Positions 26,245 to 39,857 of a stretch of 64,000 nt of DNA are shown piece after piece; positions within the stretch are counted from its first letter, which is position 1, and every line of letters begins with the position of its first letter. Under the pieces are notes generated by a model that was not told the origin of the DNA, did no database searches, and saw only the letters and a list, made by a program, of their open reading frames with translations. The DNA lies in NCBI RefSeq assembly GCF_006345805.1, contig NC_042997.1, positions 9,672,001-9,736,000 of the forward strand, written 5' to 3'. The translations under genes were made by a program, and so were the position numbers. This stretch comes from Octopus sinensis (lineage: Eukaryota).

Positions 26245-29010
26245 CACACCACCCACCCACCTGCCTCCCACACGCACACACCCACCCACCTACCTCCCAC
26301 ACACACCCAACCACCTACCTCCCACACGCCTGTTCACACACACACATACGTAGACCCATCTACGTACATACATTCACACATTTAATCACACACACTTACA
26401 GACATACTAGCACACACTAACATACAAACCAACATGCACATACACACACACATACATACATACGCACACACATATACATACTTACACACACACACACACA
26501 CAGACATACATACACACATACACACACACATACATACGCACATACATACACACACACTCACACACACACACACCGCACGTACATACTTCACACACACACA
26601 TGCAAACATACATGTAGGCACATACATACATACATGCCCACACATCACACCCTTACACTGAATGCACACACACATACACCTTTTTGCATCCAGGCAGCCC
26701 CCCCCTCTTTTCTGCTTTCCGGTTTTGGCTGATGGATCCTCGGTTCCCGCGTAGCGGGGCGTTCGAGGGCCTTTGCGCTCGCGCGCCTTGGCGCGCGCTG
26801 GGGGCTTGGTCGGCCCCTTGGGCTTGCGTTGTACTGCTTGTGCGTTGTGTGCGTGAGCGCGCTTTGTGCATGTGGGCTTGCTTCGGATGTGCGCGTACGT
26901 ATGTATGTATACATACCCACACACTCGCATGCATCCCTACCCACATACATACACGCACACCTACTCACACACACACATACACACACATACCTGCACACAC
27001 ACACATACATACACATACATACCTACTTCAGACATACACACACACAGACATACACCCATACACTCACACTCACACACATACACACACACACACATACACA
27101 CGCACACGTACACATACACACACACACACACACCTACATACATACATTACACTTGTATACACACACACTTACATTCATACACACACACACCTACACAGCC
27201 ATACCCTCACTCAGACACACACATCTACCTACACACACACACAAACACACACGGACACACACACCCATACATACATACATCTACACACACACGCCTACAC
27301 ACATACATACACACATACATAACACACACACATACACACATACACACATACGCACACACACATATACTTATACACATGCACACACACACATACATACATA
27401 CACCCATATACATACACATACACACATACCCACATACTCCTATACGCACATACATACACAAAGACATACACACTTACACACTACTCACACACACATACTT
27501 ACACACACACTCACCTGCACGCGCACACACATGCATGACAAACACCCATACACTCACACTCACATACGCACACACCAACATAAACACGCACACGCACACA
27601 CACACCTACACTCCCACACACATACACACGCACCTACATACACACACGCACGCATACACACGCATACACACATACATTACACACGTACACACACACCCAC
27701 ATACACATGCATACACACACACACACACAAACATGCACGGACACACCCAGACATACACACATACACCTATATACACACGCCCACACACCTACATACACAC
27801 ACATATACACACGCCCACACACCTACATACACACACATACATACACACACATACACGGACACACCCACACATACTTACATACATACACCTATACACACAC
27901 GCCTACACACCTACATACACACACATGCATACACACACACACATGTACGCACATACACACACATATACGCACATACATATATACCCACACACATGCACAC
28001 ACACACACACATACGCACATGCATGCATGCATGCACACGCGCACACCTACACGCATACACACACACACACGCACGTACACATACATACATACACACACGC
28101 ATACATACACCCATACACATACATGCATCCGACACACACATACATACACACTCACACATACATACACACACACGCACTCACTCACACACCTGTATGTACG
28201 CGCACACACATGCACATACACACACTTCCCCACACCCCACGTACATACATACACACTCACACACATACACACACACACACACACACGGACATACATCTAT
28301 GCACACACATACATACACACATACTCACATACATTCATCGGACACACTGCCACCCAGACATACACACAGACACACTCACACATCCACACACATATACTTA
28401 CGACGCGCACACTCGCAGGCACGCGCACATACGCACTTGCGCCGGCTCGCGCTGCATACGCGCCGCATACACCTCGCCCTTGGACCTGACGAGACCTCCC
28501 GCCCGTTCCTGGGACCGTCGCGTGTCGTTGGGTTTTCCCACGCCTGTCTCCGCGGTACCACTCTTCCATCTTCCCCTCAGCTGGAGTCCTTTTTCCTTAA
28601 CCCCCCCCCCCTTTTTTTCGTTACACACACGCGCACACATATACACACCTTGCCTATATATATACATCACTCTCACACACATTCAATCTACTCGCCATTA
28701 TACCACCACGACACTGGACACACACACACACTACTACTCAACACACGCTGGCACGCTACATACGCCCCCACCCCTTCCCCTCCCCTCCCTCCTCCTTCCT
28801 TCTTTTTCTTACTACTGACCTCCCTTCCTCCTTCCTTCTTCTTTCTTACTACTGACCTCGTCTGCTAGCTGACCACCAGTCTCGCCCTACCTCACACACG
28901 CCTACACACAGACGCACACACTAACACACACATATTTTTTTGTTTTTTCATCTCGCCTCACACACACACATACACACACGCACACGCACACACTCACACA
29001 TACACACATC
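26245..29010. repeat. ~2.8-kb degenerate (CA/CATA)n array between the PLE stop codon and the 3' pLTR
   Basis: Imperfect CA-rich array with GC-rich islands at ~26670-26915 and ~28400-28620; source of the H/T-rich ORFs. Confidence 0.9.
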
Positions 29011-29050
29011 TGTTGGGTTACCAACCTTGTCTCCACTCTTTAGCCTTTAA

Positions 29051-29316
29051 AAACCCACTTTGCTCTTGTTATCGTCAACATCCGCCTTTCACCATGTGCA
29101 ACTCGTAAACACCAGTCGTCTTTTTTCTCTTTCCCTTCCCTGTTGCCCGCTCTGGGATCTTTCTTTCCTCTCTTTCCTTCTTTATGTTTCCGACGAAGAG
29201 CTCCGCTCGAAACGTCATACCTCCCTGCTTCCATCTCCTGAGCGCCTTTTAATAATAATACTGTAATTGTTCCGTTGTTGTTGTTTTTTTTGTTTCCCTT
29301 TTGGATTAAAATTATA
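29051..29316 (+). repeat. 3' pseudo-LTR with HHR-like motif (29186-29220)
   Basis: Same HHR-like sequence as in the 5' pLTR; followed by (TA)n. Confidence 0.85.
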
Positions 29317-29719
29317 TATATATATATATATATAATATATATATACATATATAATATATATATATATATAATATATATATATTATATATACATACATATG
29401 TATGTATGTATGTATACATTATATTATAAATATATATATAATATTTATATGATATATATATATGTATATAAACACACACACACATACAAATACATATAAA
29501 TATAGTTGAAAAAAGATCTATAAAAATCAAATTTTTATATATAAAAAAGAGATGGAGATGGAAATAGCACAGAATTAAGTCTCAGTTTAAGAGGGAATTT
29601 AATAAAAGATTATATAAATAAAAATATTAATATTACTGTGTTTCAATGTATTTCATCTTATCAAATATTAGTAAAAATTTGAAGTAAAAACAGTATATCT
29701 TCTGTCTTTTGGTCAAGAA

Positions 29720-30050
29720 CATGTCTGGAGATTTTTCATTGAAGTCTACTTTAAATATAGTTTGGTGTAGAGTTCAAAGGGTAAGAGTGTGAAAGAAGGG
29801 TGCCTATTGTCTAAGAGAAATCTTTGTGTGTTCCTGTCAAGGAAGTGGCTAAAAAGCATTTACTGACTAGGTTTTATGTCCACCTGTGTGGTGGAAGGAG
29901 GGTATTGTGTTAGATATCCTTTCAATATGTTTTAGAAAATGACCAGCTGTGAGTTGATGGGTGTGTATGCTGTGAAGAATTTCTCTTGTTGAAAAAAGAA
30001 TTAGGGTTTTTCATTGGGTTAAATGTATTTTTTAGAGTATCTCCACCTAT
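29720..30050 (-). pseudogene. Highly decayed PLE endonuclease-region fragment
   Basis: Minus strand reads ...PLNSTPNYI* and VSKCF..HFLDR-like motifs; many disruptions. Confidence 0.3.
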
Positions 30051-30287
30051 GTGTGTGTGTGTGTTTGTGAGTGTATATGTGTGTGTTTGTGTTTGTGATG
30101 TTTTCTATTGTATGTGTGTGTGTGTGTGAATGTATGTGTTTGTGTGTGTGTGTGTGTGTGCTGACGTATATATATAATATCGAAAAAAGATTTAGTAGAT
30201 GATGGGAAGTATTTTTTAAAAATGATAATAATTGTTTAAAATTGTTTTTAAGTGCCTGGTCTTATATATTGGTTGTGGTTGAATCTA

Positions 30288-30709
30288 TACTCTTACTCTC
30301 TCTCTTTTACTTGTTGCAGTCATTCGACTATGGCTATGCTGGAGCACCACCTTTAGTCCAGCTAATCGACCCCAGGACTTATTCTATCGGTCTCATTTGC
30401 TGAACTGCAAAGTTATGGGGACGTAAACTCACCAGCATTGGTTATCAAGCGATGTTGTGGGGACAAACACAGACACAGAAACATATACACACACATACAT
30501 ACATATATATGTGTGTGTGTGTGTGTGCGTGCATATATGTATATACGACGGGCGTCTTTCAGTTTCCATCTACCAAATCCATTCACAAGGTTTTGGTCGG
30601 CCCGAGGCTATAGTAGAAGCCACTTGCCCAAGGTGCCACACAGTGGGACTGTACCCGGAACCATGGGGCTGGTAAGCAAGCTACTTACCACACAGCCACT
30701 CCTACACCT
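30288..30709 (-). mobile_element. Full-length SINE S1 (head, microsatellite, body, tail)
   Basis: Colinear with 37982-38394. Confidence 0.85.
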
Positions 30710-30711
30710 AT

Positions 30712-31010
30712 ATTTAATTGTGGTTTATACTTGTTGATAAATTGTCTTTTTTATTCGGTGTTGTTGTTGATTGAAGGAACCTGAGCACTTGAAGAGGGGA
30801 AATATTTTGAAATTAGGTAAGACATTCCTTCATAAGTTGCATTGTGGCTGCTTAAAAGGATTTTCCTTGTGCTTTTGTCTTGGATCTGTTGATGATGAAT
30901 CATCATTCTGTTGCATAATGATCTGCCTGTCTGACCGATGTAATTATGTTAGCAACCATTGCATGTTATTACATAGATTAGGTTTTCTATGTTGCCGGTG
31001 AGATTGGACA
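30712..31010 (-). pseudogene. PLE GIY-YIG endonuclease fragment
   Basis: Minus strand: NLIYVITCNGC*HNYIGQTGRSLCNRM.IH.QQIQD...FINKYKPQLN. Confidence 0.8.
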
Positions 31011-31722
31011 TGACTTTGAAGGTTTGGCCATCTTTGAATTTAAATCCTGGTCTCTCACTATATGCATACATACATTCCTACATCATATGTGTGTGTGTGT
31101 AATGTTCTTGAGTTTTTTGATTTTCTTGTGGTAAAGCTAGCTATTTTCTTTTCTTCCATTTCACTATTGTCCATTATTGTCCTCTGCTGCTATTTTGATT
31201 CCCTTGTGGAGAAGCCAGCCATTCTTTGACCACTCCTGGCTGTAAAACTATAAAAACACATGGCTTTCCTCCCAAACCTTCTTTCTTGCTGTGCTATTTC
31301 ACACTATCATATTATGATGTGAAATGTCCAGCAGCTAAGCTAAGAAATTCTCTCACTTTTTAATCATTCATCATTCATCATTCTCTTCATTTACTTAACT
31401 TGTATTGCTAACATGCTAAACGATCTTGAGTTAAATTAACTTCACAACATTAATGTGTTTCTTTTCCACAATACACCCACCCTTTCCTGCCCCCCCCCCA
31501 CCAATACTGGAAATCCCTTCTCTCACATACCTGTAATCTCTTCTCTTTATCAGGAAATCTCTTCCCTCTTCCCTTATACTGAAAACTCCCATACAGCTCT
31601 GCCTCACTTCTGCACCAGAAGATCTGCATACTTCCATCCCTTCTTCCCTTCCAAACCATCTTCCTCTCACCCCTCCCTTTTCTGCTCTTCCTCTCTTCTC
31701 TCCCCCCTCTCTCTCTCTCTAT

Positions 31723-31760
<38 letters not shown>

Positions 31761-31769
31761 GACTAACCC

Positions 31770-31892
<123 letters not shown>

Positions 31893-31893
31893 C

Positions 31894-32442
31894 GTTGGCA
31901 TCCTTTATGTCTCGGGAGACAATGGAGTTGCGCATAAAATAATCTAGTCCGGCTTTTACATTTCATGTCCTAATACATCTCCTGCTGTGACTGTGTAGTC
32001 CTATCCTTGACAAACACTCCCTCTGGCAGGTGCCGCAAATGTAGCGAAGACTTTGCCTGGCTGGTTGTAATGTCATAGTTTCTTGTTGATGTCTTTTCTT
32101 GTCTTTCCATTTCTCCTCTCTCCCTCTGTCACTCCTTTGTATTCCCTCTTTTACGGTACGTCGCCAATCTCCACGGTTGCTGGCAACTGCTTTCCAGTTG
32201 CTAATATTGATGTCATAGGCCTTCATGTCCCTTTTGCAAACATCCTTGTATCGTAAGAACGGTCTTCCCACAGACCTAATGCCCCTAGCAAGCTCTTCAT
32301 AGAGTATGTCCTTGGGGATTCTGCCATCTTCCATACGGCTAACATGTCCAAGCCATCTCATACATTTTTGTGTGAGGAGTGCAAACATGCTTCGCATTCC
32401 TACTTGCTTGAGGACTTCTTTGTTGTGGACATGATTCTGCCA
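31894..32442 (-). mobile_element. RTE-BovB-like LINE 3' end with terminal CCHH-type finger, inside (TA)n
   Basis: MRWLGHVSRMEDGRIPKDILYEEL..G.RSVGRP.LRYKDVCKRDMK...CGTCQRECLSRIGLHSHSRRC; short 3' UTR. Confidence 0.85.
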
Positions 32443-32455
32443 TATATATACATAT

Positions 32456-32489
<34 letters not shown>

Positions 32490-32939
32490 CATGGACTAAC
32501 CCAACCAAATAGCAGCACATTCACTTACATTATTTAACACTGGCATATTTATATCTATATTTACAGCAGCAGTAATGCTTAATTTTACAATGCTTACCTT
32601 ACTCTTGCCTCCAGTAGAGGCAACAATTTTAATTTGTTTGAATGACGGTCAGAAGCAAGGGCAACTGTTATGGTATCAAACGATCATAGAAACATTCTTC
32701 TCGGATGCTGAATAACATCTCTCATTCTCATGTTCCCACCCCTCCACACATACTCATTGAGTCTGGCACAGCCTTCCAGCATTCCAGCCCAGCCAAACAA
32801 TCCAACTCATGCCAGCATGGACAACAGATATTAAATGATGATGATGATGATATATATATATATGTATGTATATACATACATATATATGTATGTATGTATG
32901 TATGTATATACATACATATATATGTATGTATGTATGTAT

Positions 32940-32975
<36 letters not shown>

Positions 32976-33018
32976 GCACATATAAATTTGTGTGTGTGTA
33001 TGTATGAGTATATATATA

Positions 33019-33185
33019 TTTCTTTACTACCCACAAGGGGCTAAACACAGAAGGGACAAACAAGGACAGACAAACGGATTAAGTCGATTACATCGACCCC
33101 AGTGCGTAACTGGTACTTAATTTATCGACCCCAAAAGGATGAAAGGCAAAGTCGACCTTGGCGGAATTTGAACCCAGAACGTAAT
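33019..33185 (-). mobile_element. SINE S2, 3' part
   Basis: Reverse complement of the S2 body and tail. Confidence 0.85.
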
Positions 33186-33531
33186 GGAAGTACTGAAGGC
33201 CAGTCTCAAGCTTTACAAAGGAGATGAGAAAGGCACGAGATATCTGGAACTTTGCCAGACTCAAGAAGACCTATCCACCTCAGCAGAATTCATACTGCCA
33301 CATAGAAAGCACTCAATACATTCTGTAAAGTGTGTTGCATTAGGAAGGGCATCCAGCCATTGAAATCATGTTGGAACACAAAATAGAACCTGATTGCAAT
33401 CCCTGGCCTTTCCAGCTTCTGTCAAACTGTCTAACCCATGCCAGTAAGAAAAAATTAATGTTGAATGGTGATAATGATGGTGAAGACGATGATGATATAT
33501 GTATGTATGTATGTATGTATGTCTGCCTATC

Positions 33532-33564
<33 letters not shown>

Positions 33565-34461
33565 TTGAGTCATATTTACATACAAATGTGAGCATCTACG
33601 AGATTTTGATAAGAGCATGCAAATTCAAAGTGTGATGATGATGTGTTGCTGCGCTAATCAATCGAAATTATACCTCAGATTTTATATGACTCAGCTCATA
33701 AGGAGATAGTTGCTATGTTTAGAAGCCATTCAAAGAATGCAACAGTATTAGAATATTGAATTGCTAGCTGAGGTCAAGTGCTGGTCATAACATCCAGCAT
33801 ATCAAGGAACCTCTTGAAAGTCAGTGAACTGAGAATGTGAAATTAGTTCAAAGCTTCTATTTAAAACAGAATAATAGCTTTTACAGAATATGTTTTTAAT
33901 ACGAATTCATGTTTCTTTATCACAGTTCTAAAAGTTGATTTTAGATATATTCTATATTTGCATTTTCTCTCTATTCCTTAATTTTTCCAGCTGAATTTCA
34001 AGAGCCTAATTGTGTATTACATCAATCTGTATTAAAATATGTTTATTTCAAAGCTAGAGTTGTGCTTTAAATATGAAATTTTGAGTGTTTTTTTTAGTAA
34101 AAATGCAACTTAAGTTATATCTAATTGATCAATTCTGCAAGGCCTGTCACAGACTCTATTTCATTACCATTTACTGTGTGTAAAATGAGCAATGTAAAAA
34201 AATTTTACTTGTTCTAAGGTATAAAATATAAGAGGAATTTTAAGAGGGCTGTTTTGCCAAAGAAGAGAGATTCATAGAAAATGCAAAGAGAGGTACAGAA
34301 CAGATGACAAAATCAGGCAGTGCATAGTCATTACATCAACAACAGTTTTGATGCCATTTCTATCTTATTTAAAACTAGGAGGTAAACATTTCAATTGCTT
34401 TGTCTATTTTTTTCATTTCTATTTCCAGTTTACTTCCTCCATATCCAAAACTTCCTTTCAT

Positions 34462-34611
34462 TGTACATTATTTACATTGTTTACATTCGATGGATATTTG
34501 TCCTAATCTTAACCACTACGCCATATGCCCAAGGGTGTATGGCGTAGTGGTTAAGAGCATGGGATTACTAACCCCAAGATTCCGAGTTCTATTCCAAGCA
34601 GTGACCTGAAC

Positions 34612-34667
<56 letters not shown>

Positions 34668-34832
34668 TGATAATAACATCAAAAAATACCTTAGGAATGA
34701 GAAGCCAGGTTCGAAATTTCTCCAAGACACCCGAAGAAGGCTGGAAGGTATATCAGCCGAAACAAGATGTGGACAAATATCCGTCGAATGTAAATAATGT
34801 ACATAATTCCCCATCTCTTAAATATAGAACTG
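34462..34832 (+). mobile_element. tRNA-headed element with (AAT)n and partial HHR, preceded by an inverted internally deleted copy
   Basis: A-box TGGCGTAGTGG 34540-34550, B-box-like GTTCTATTCC 34586-34595, (AAT)n, then acac CCGAAGA a ggctg..cagcc GAAAC (34727-34763); 19-bp perfect inverted repeat 34507-34525/34538-34556; tail 34771-34804 inverted at 34462-34503. Confidence 0.7.
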
Positions 34833-36289
34833 TATTCCTTTCATTGTGCTTAAATAAATGTGTTACATAATACATGGCTGTTGGTAGTTGAGCATGTGAA
34901 GCTTGGCTAAATTAAATCTTCTGATACAGAGGGTTGGTTGGAGGTGACGGCAGTGCTAGTAGGGTGTGAGAGAATCCCTCCAAGAAGGTGATACTGTTTG
35001 TTCAGTCTGCTGGCTCATCGTGAGAATTTGCTGAGCAGCCAGCATTGACGTGAGTGAAAGAACTACATGCCAGGAAAGTTCTAAAGTGAAGGAAGGACAA
35101 CTCTCTAGTGAGAAATGGCAACTGTCTTGCTTTATACAAATGCCAAACCGGAAGCAGAAGGAAACGTTCCATTCTAACCAATCACAGAGAACGATACAAA
35201 AGGTGCAACCACACAAAGTTGACTGAGCCATCTTTGAAAAGGAGAAATGTATATTTGCATGTAAGCCAATATCAAACATGTGGAGGCACATGGCCTAGTG
35301 GTTAGAGCAGTGGACTCACAGTCAAGGGATCACAGCAAAACACCTAAGCTCCATGCGGCTCCAGCTGTTGTTGTTGTTGTTGTTAAACAACAAGACGGGT
35401 AAGGGTGATTAGGTGATGGTCTAGGGCTTAGGGGCGGGAGACCCCAGACCTTGGAAAAACAAAAAACTTTGGTCGCCTTGTAGTTGAGGGCTCTTCGTTG
35501 ACACCCGACACCACTGGGCGGTGGCCCTCGAAGTTGCTGGAAATGGAGATCTCCAGGTCCAAATTCTTGAATGGCCATGGCTCCGGCAGAAGGTAATAGC
35601 AAACTTCTGCTGACTCTTTCGCCACAACTTTCTCTCACTCTTTCCTCCTACATCTTACAGCTCACCTGCAACAGACTGGCATCCTGTCCAGGTGGGGAAC
35701 CTATATGCCAAGGAAACCAGGAAACCGGTCCTATGAGCCAGGCATGGCTCGAGAAGGAACAAACAACAAAACAACAATATCAAACACAGAGCTGCTACTG
35801 GCTCAATATCATACCTCAGCACCTTGTTTGGCTGTGTGTCTTCTACCACAGCCTCAGGTTGACGAAAGCTTGGTGAGTGGAATTAGTGAGGTGGAAACCT
35901 TTTGGAAGAAACGTTGCTGAATTTGTATTGTAGACATAATCTGTTGCTGGATTTACTATCAGAACTTATTCCTTAAGTTTGGTACTAACTCTTTTAGTTT
36001 CTTTTGTTGAACCATGAACTATAAGGGTGTAAACAAACCAATACCAGTGGTCAAGCAGTAGGGAGACAAACACAAACACACACACACGGGCACACACTCA
36101 CACACACATACACTCACACATCCACTCGCACACAATCACTCACACACACACATTCACACATACATACACTCACACACACACATTCACACACACATACACT
36201 CACACACACACTCACACACACACACGCATGCAGACACATGCACATACACACACACACAATATATTTCTGTATTTTTGCAACATACAGAA

Positions 36290-36470
36290 CTGTTATCCCT
36301 ACACATTTCTTTCTCTCCCCACTTTTTACTCTGTCCATCTTTTCTTCTCAACCCTTTCTGTCAAAGAACATAGGCTTGAAACATCAAAGACTTTTTCAGT
36401 TTTCCTGAACGTCAGACTAATACACCTGCTTGTTGTTTCCTCACCCATCTCTGTCTTCTGTTTTCTGTAC
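36290..36470 (+). mobile_element. PLE pLTR-like fragment with degenerate HHR (36354-36390)
   Basis: cttt CTGTCAA a gaac atag gctt GAAA c ATC aaag; same family as 12675-12845. Confidence 0.5.
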
Positions 36471-37981
36471 ATTTGAAACACTCACAAGGCATTCATCTGT
36501 CTAGAGCTACAGTAGAAGACCTTTGCCCAAGGTGCCATACAGTGGGACTGAACTTGAAGTATAGTTGTGAAACAAAATTTTTAACCACACAGCTATGCCT
36601 GTACCTGTGTCTCTCTCTTGCTTTGTCTCTCTATGTGTGTGTACCTATCTATCTATTCATATATATGTATATATATATAGAGCATTATCATCTTGCTTGC
36701 CTCATCCAAGTGCAAACTCTTACTGCTCTTTCTGCCATACACATTTTATCACACATCAAATATCCAATCACATTATTTTTCTGTACTTCAGCATTGTCCT
36801 GTAATTGGATTATATCTCAGCTCATTACTCTTAATTTTCCTTTAGATCCTTTACCCACAATTCCCATATTTCCTTTCTGCACAGAATCACACTTCTTACA
36901 CATATTTCATTCATACAGCTCACTTTGTATAAGGAGAGAAACCCTCTTTTCAACTTTTCTCGTAATTATTATTACATGACCGGAAAAAAAAAATGTCTAG
37001 TTCTGATTAAAGAGAAGCAAATTCACTCAGTGAAAAAAATGTAGAAATCATTCTGTAAGAAGTGATAAACATACAAAAAAAATAAATAAATAAATACACA
37101 ATCAAGAAAATTCTATTACAGTAACCAAATAAGATGAAAATCTCACAGACAGCAACCAATGAAAAATTTATCAAGTCTTTAGAGATTTCTTTGATATCAA
37201 TCTTTTAGGAATTTTAGCAATACATATACATATACACACACATATATACATATATGCACATCCATATGTATATATATATATATATATGTATAATTATTAT
37301 TATTATTATCAACAACAAATTTCTGATTACAACACAAAATTCTTACAAGGCGGACTAAAACTTAATCAGCCCAAGGAAATACTTAGAATACCATTTTAAG
37401 ATTATCTTGTAGTTGCATCAGTTTATCTACAATGGTCACACTGAACTAAAACAATAACAAGAAACACTAATGAAAGTACTGACTTTTTTTTTTACTTTTT
37501 ACTTTAGCTTAAGATGAAGTATTTTTAAACAAGAGGTACAGTCGATCAAATTGAGTCCTACATGTATGTTTTTGTCCCCAGTGAGAAGAAAACGAAAGCA
37601 TCTGCAGAAGAATTAGAACAAAGAAATTAAGGATAGGAACAAGACCATATTGCATTTTTGTCTGGCATTTTGTAGTTTCTGTCAATGCACTACCTTAAGA
37701 ATTATCATCATTCTAATGTTCATTTTTCCATGCTTGCATGGGATTGTCAGAGTTTGTTGAAGCAAATTTTATATGGCCAGATGACTTTCCTGCTGTCAAC
37801 CTTTACCCGTATTCAAGCAAGGCAATATTCCCTTTGATCAGTCGTGTTCCTGCAAAATATTAGAAATGACACTGTTTGTGTAACATTGACAATCACTTTA
37901 CAAGTATCATGAAGTATCATGTGATGGCAAGACAAGGAGACGCAAACATACACACACTCACACACATATATGTATATATAA

Positions 37982-38394
37982 GCGTAGGAGTGGCTGTGTG
38001 GTAAGTAGCTTGCTTACCAACCACATGGTTCCGGGTTCAGTCCCACTGCGTGAAACCTTGGACAAGTGTCTTCTACTATAGCCTCGGGCTGACCAAAGCC
38101 TTGTGAGTGGATTTGGTAGATGGAAACTGAAAGAAGCCCATCGTATATATGTATACATGTGTGTGTGTGTGTGTGTGTGTGTATGTTTGTGTGTCTATGT
38201 TTGTCTCCCCCCCCAACATTGCTTGACAACCAATGCTGATGTGTATATGTCCCTGTAACTTAGCAGTTCAGCAAAAGAGACTGATAGAATAAGTACTAGG
38301 CTTACAAAGAATAAGTTCTGAAGACAATTTGCTCAACTAAAGGTGGTGCTCCAGTATGGCCACAGTCAAATGACTGAACAAGTAAAAGAGAGAG
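37982..38394 (+). mobile_element. Full-length SINE S1
   Basis: gtggctgtgtggtaag A-box region, ggttcagtccc B-box, accttggacaagtgtctt (CORE-like), internal (TG)n, tail ggtggtgctccag...caagtaaaagag. Confidence 0.9.
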
Positions 38395-39302
38395 TATATA
38401 TGCATACACACACACATGCACGTGTGTGTGTGTGTATAAATATATATGCTTCAGGATTCTTTTAGCTTCTATTTATCAAATCCACCCACAATGCTCTGTT
38501 TGATCTGGAGCTATAGATACCACACATTGGGACTGAAACCAGAACCAAGTGGTTGGAAAGCAAACTTCTTACCACACAGCCATACTTGATAAAGAAAGAC
38601 TCCCGAATTAATATCTACAATAGAAACAGCCTTAGATTAAAATATTAATGTGTATAATATTTATGACGTGTATGGAAGTATATAACAACACTAGCTATAA
38701 TATTTTGTCTCACAGAAACATCTCAAAATGACCATCATTAATAGGACCAAATCAGATCAAAACATTGTAATCTTGCATTCTACCAGTGTTCTAAGCGAAG
38801 CCATATGTGTTTAACACACCTAGTCTCTCTGAGATATTTCTCTGAATCAAAATATTAAATTTAGTGCCATTCCACATTTTACTATATACAGCAGTATTTT
38901 AAGAATTTAATGCAAAGTCGCAACATATGAGAGAAAGCAGAGTTAAGTAAATTTTCACCAGTATTTTATTGAGTCTAGAAAGATGTAACATTTATCCCCA
39001 CTATTCAAATTCTGCCAAGGTCAACTTTGCTGAAGCACCACCTTCAGTCAAGCAAATCGAACCCAGGACTTATTCTTTGTAAGTCTAGTACTTATTCTAT
39101 CGGTCTCTTTTGCCAAACTGCTAAGTTACAGGGAAGTAAACACACCAGCATCGGTGTCATCATCATCATCATCATTTAACGTCCACTTTCCATGCTGGCA
39201 TGGGCTGGACAAATTTTACAAAACATCCACGTTTAAGTGGGGATAAATATTACCCATCTGTTTTAATACTGCCTCTGTCACTAATATATATATATATAGA
39301 AA

Positions 39303-39857
39303 AAGGTGGTGAGCTGGCAGAAATGTTAACACAACGCACCGGGTGAAATGCTTAGCAGCATTTTATCTGTCTTTACATACTGAGTTCAAATTCTGCCAAG
39401 GACGACTTCGCCTTTCATCCTTTCAGGGTTGATAGATTAAGTACCAGTTGCATACTGAGGTCGATCTAATTGACTAGCCCCTCTTCACAAAAATGTCAGG
39501 CCTTGATCGTTACCAGTGTTGCCTAACTGGCACTTGCACTGGTGGCATGTGAAAAAACATTCGAGCAAGGTCGTTGCCAGTGCTGCTGGACTGGCTCCTG
39601 TGCAGGTGGCATGTACAAAACACTATTTGAGCATGGCTGTTGCCAGTACCGTCCGACTGGCCCTTGTGCCGGTGGCACGTAAAAGCACCCACTACACTCT
39701 CAGAGTGGTTGGTGTTAGGAAGGGCATCTAGCTGTAGAAACTCTGCCAGGTCAGATTAGAGCCTGGTGCAGCCATCTGGTTCGCCGGTCCTCAGTCAAAT
39801 TGTCCAACCCATGCTAGCATGGAAAGTGGACGTTAAATGATGATGATGATGATGATG
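39303..39857 (+). mobile_element. SINE S2 (39303-39505) directly followed by RTE 3' UTR/tail (39510-39857)
   Basis: S2 head and body, then ggcacgtaaaagcaccc...ggaaagtggacgttaaatgatgatg. Confidence 0.8.

Larger units (their letters stand above)
22777..29316 (+). mobile_element. Near full-length Penelope-like element with direct pseudo-LTRs, inserted in (TA)n
   Basis: pLTRs 22777-23042 and 29051-29316 nearly identical; RT+EN ORF between them; (TA)n on both flanks. Confidence 0.9.

Noticed and set aside
26434-28868. 679-aa and 650-aa His/Thr-rich ORFs
   Set aside because: CA-rich repeats lack stop codons by composition; there is no domain signal.
22777-29316. Contamination or an LTR retrotransposon as the explanation for the GC-rich block
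   Set aside because: RT and GIY-YIG motifs are PLE-type with no gag/integrase or TG..CA ends, and related decayed pLTR-like pieces occur elsewhere in the window.
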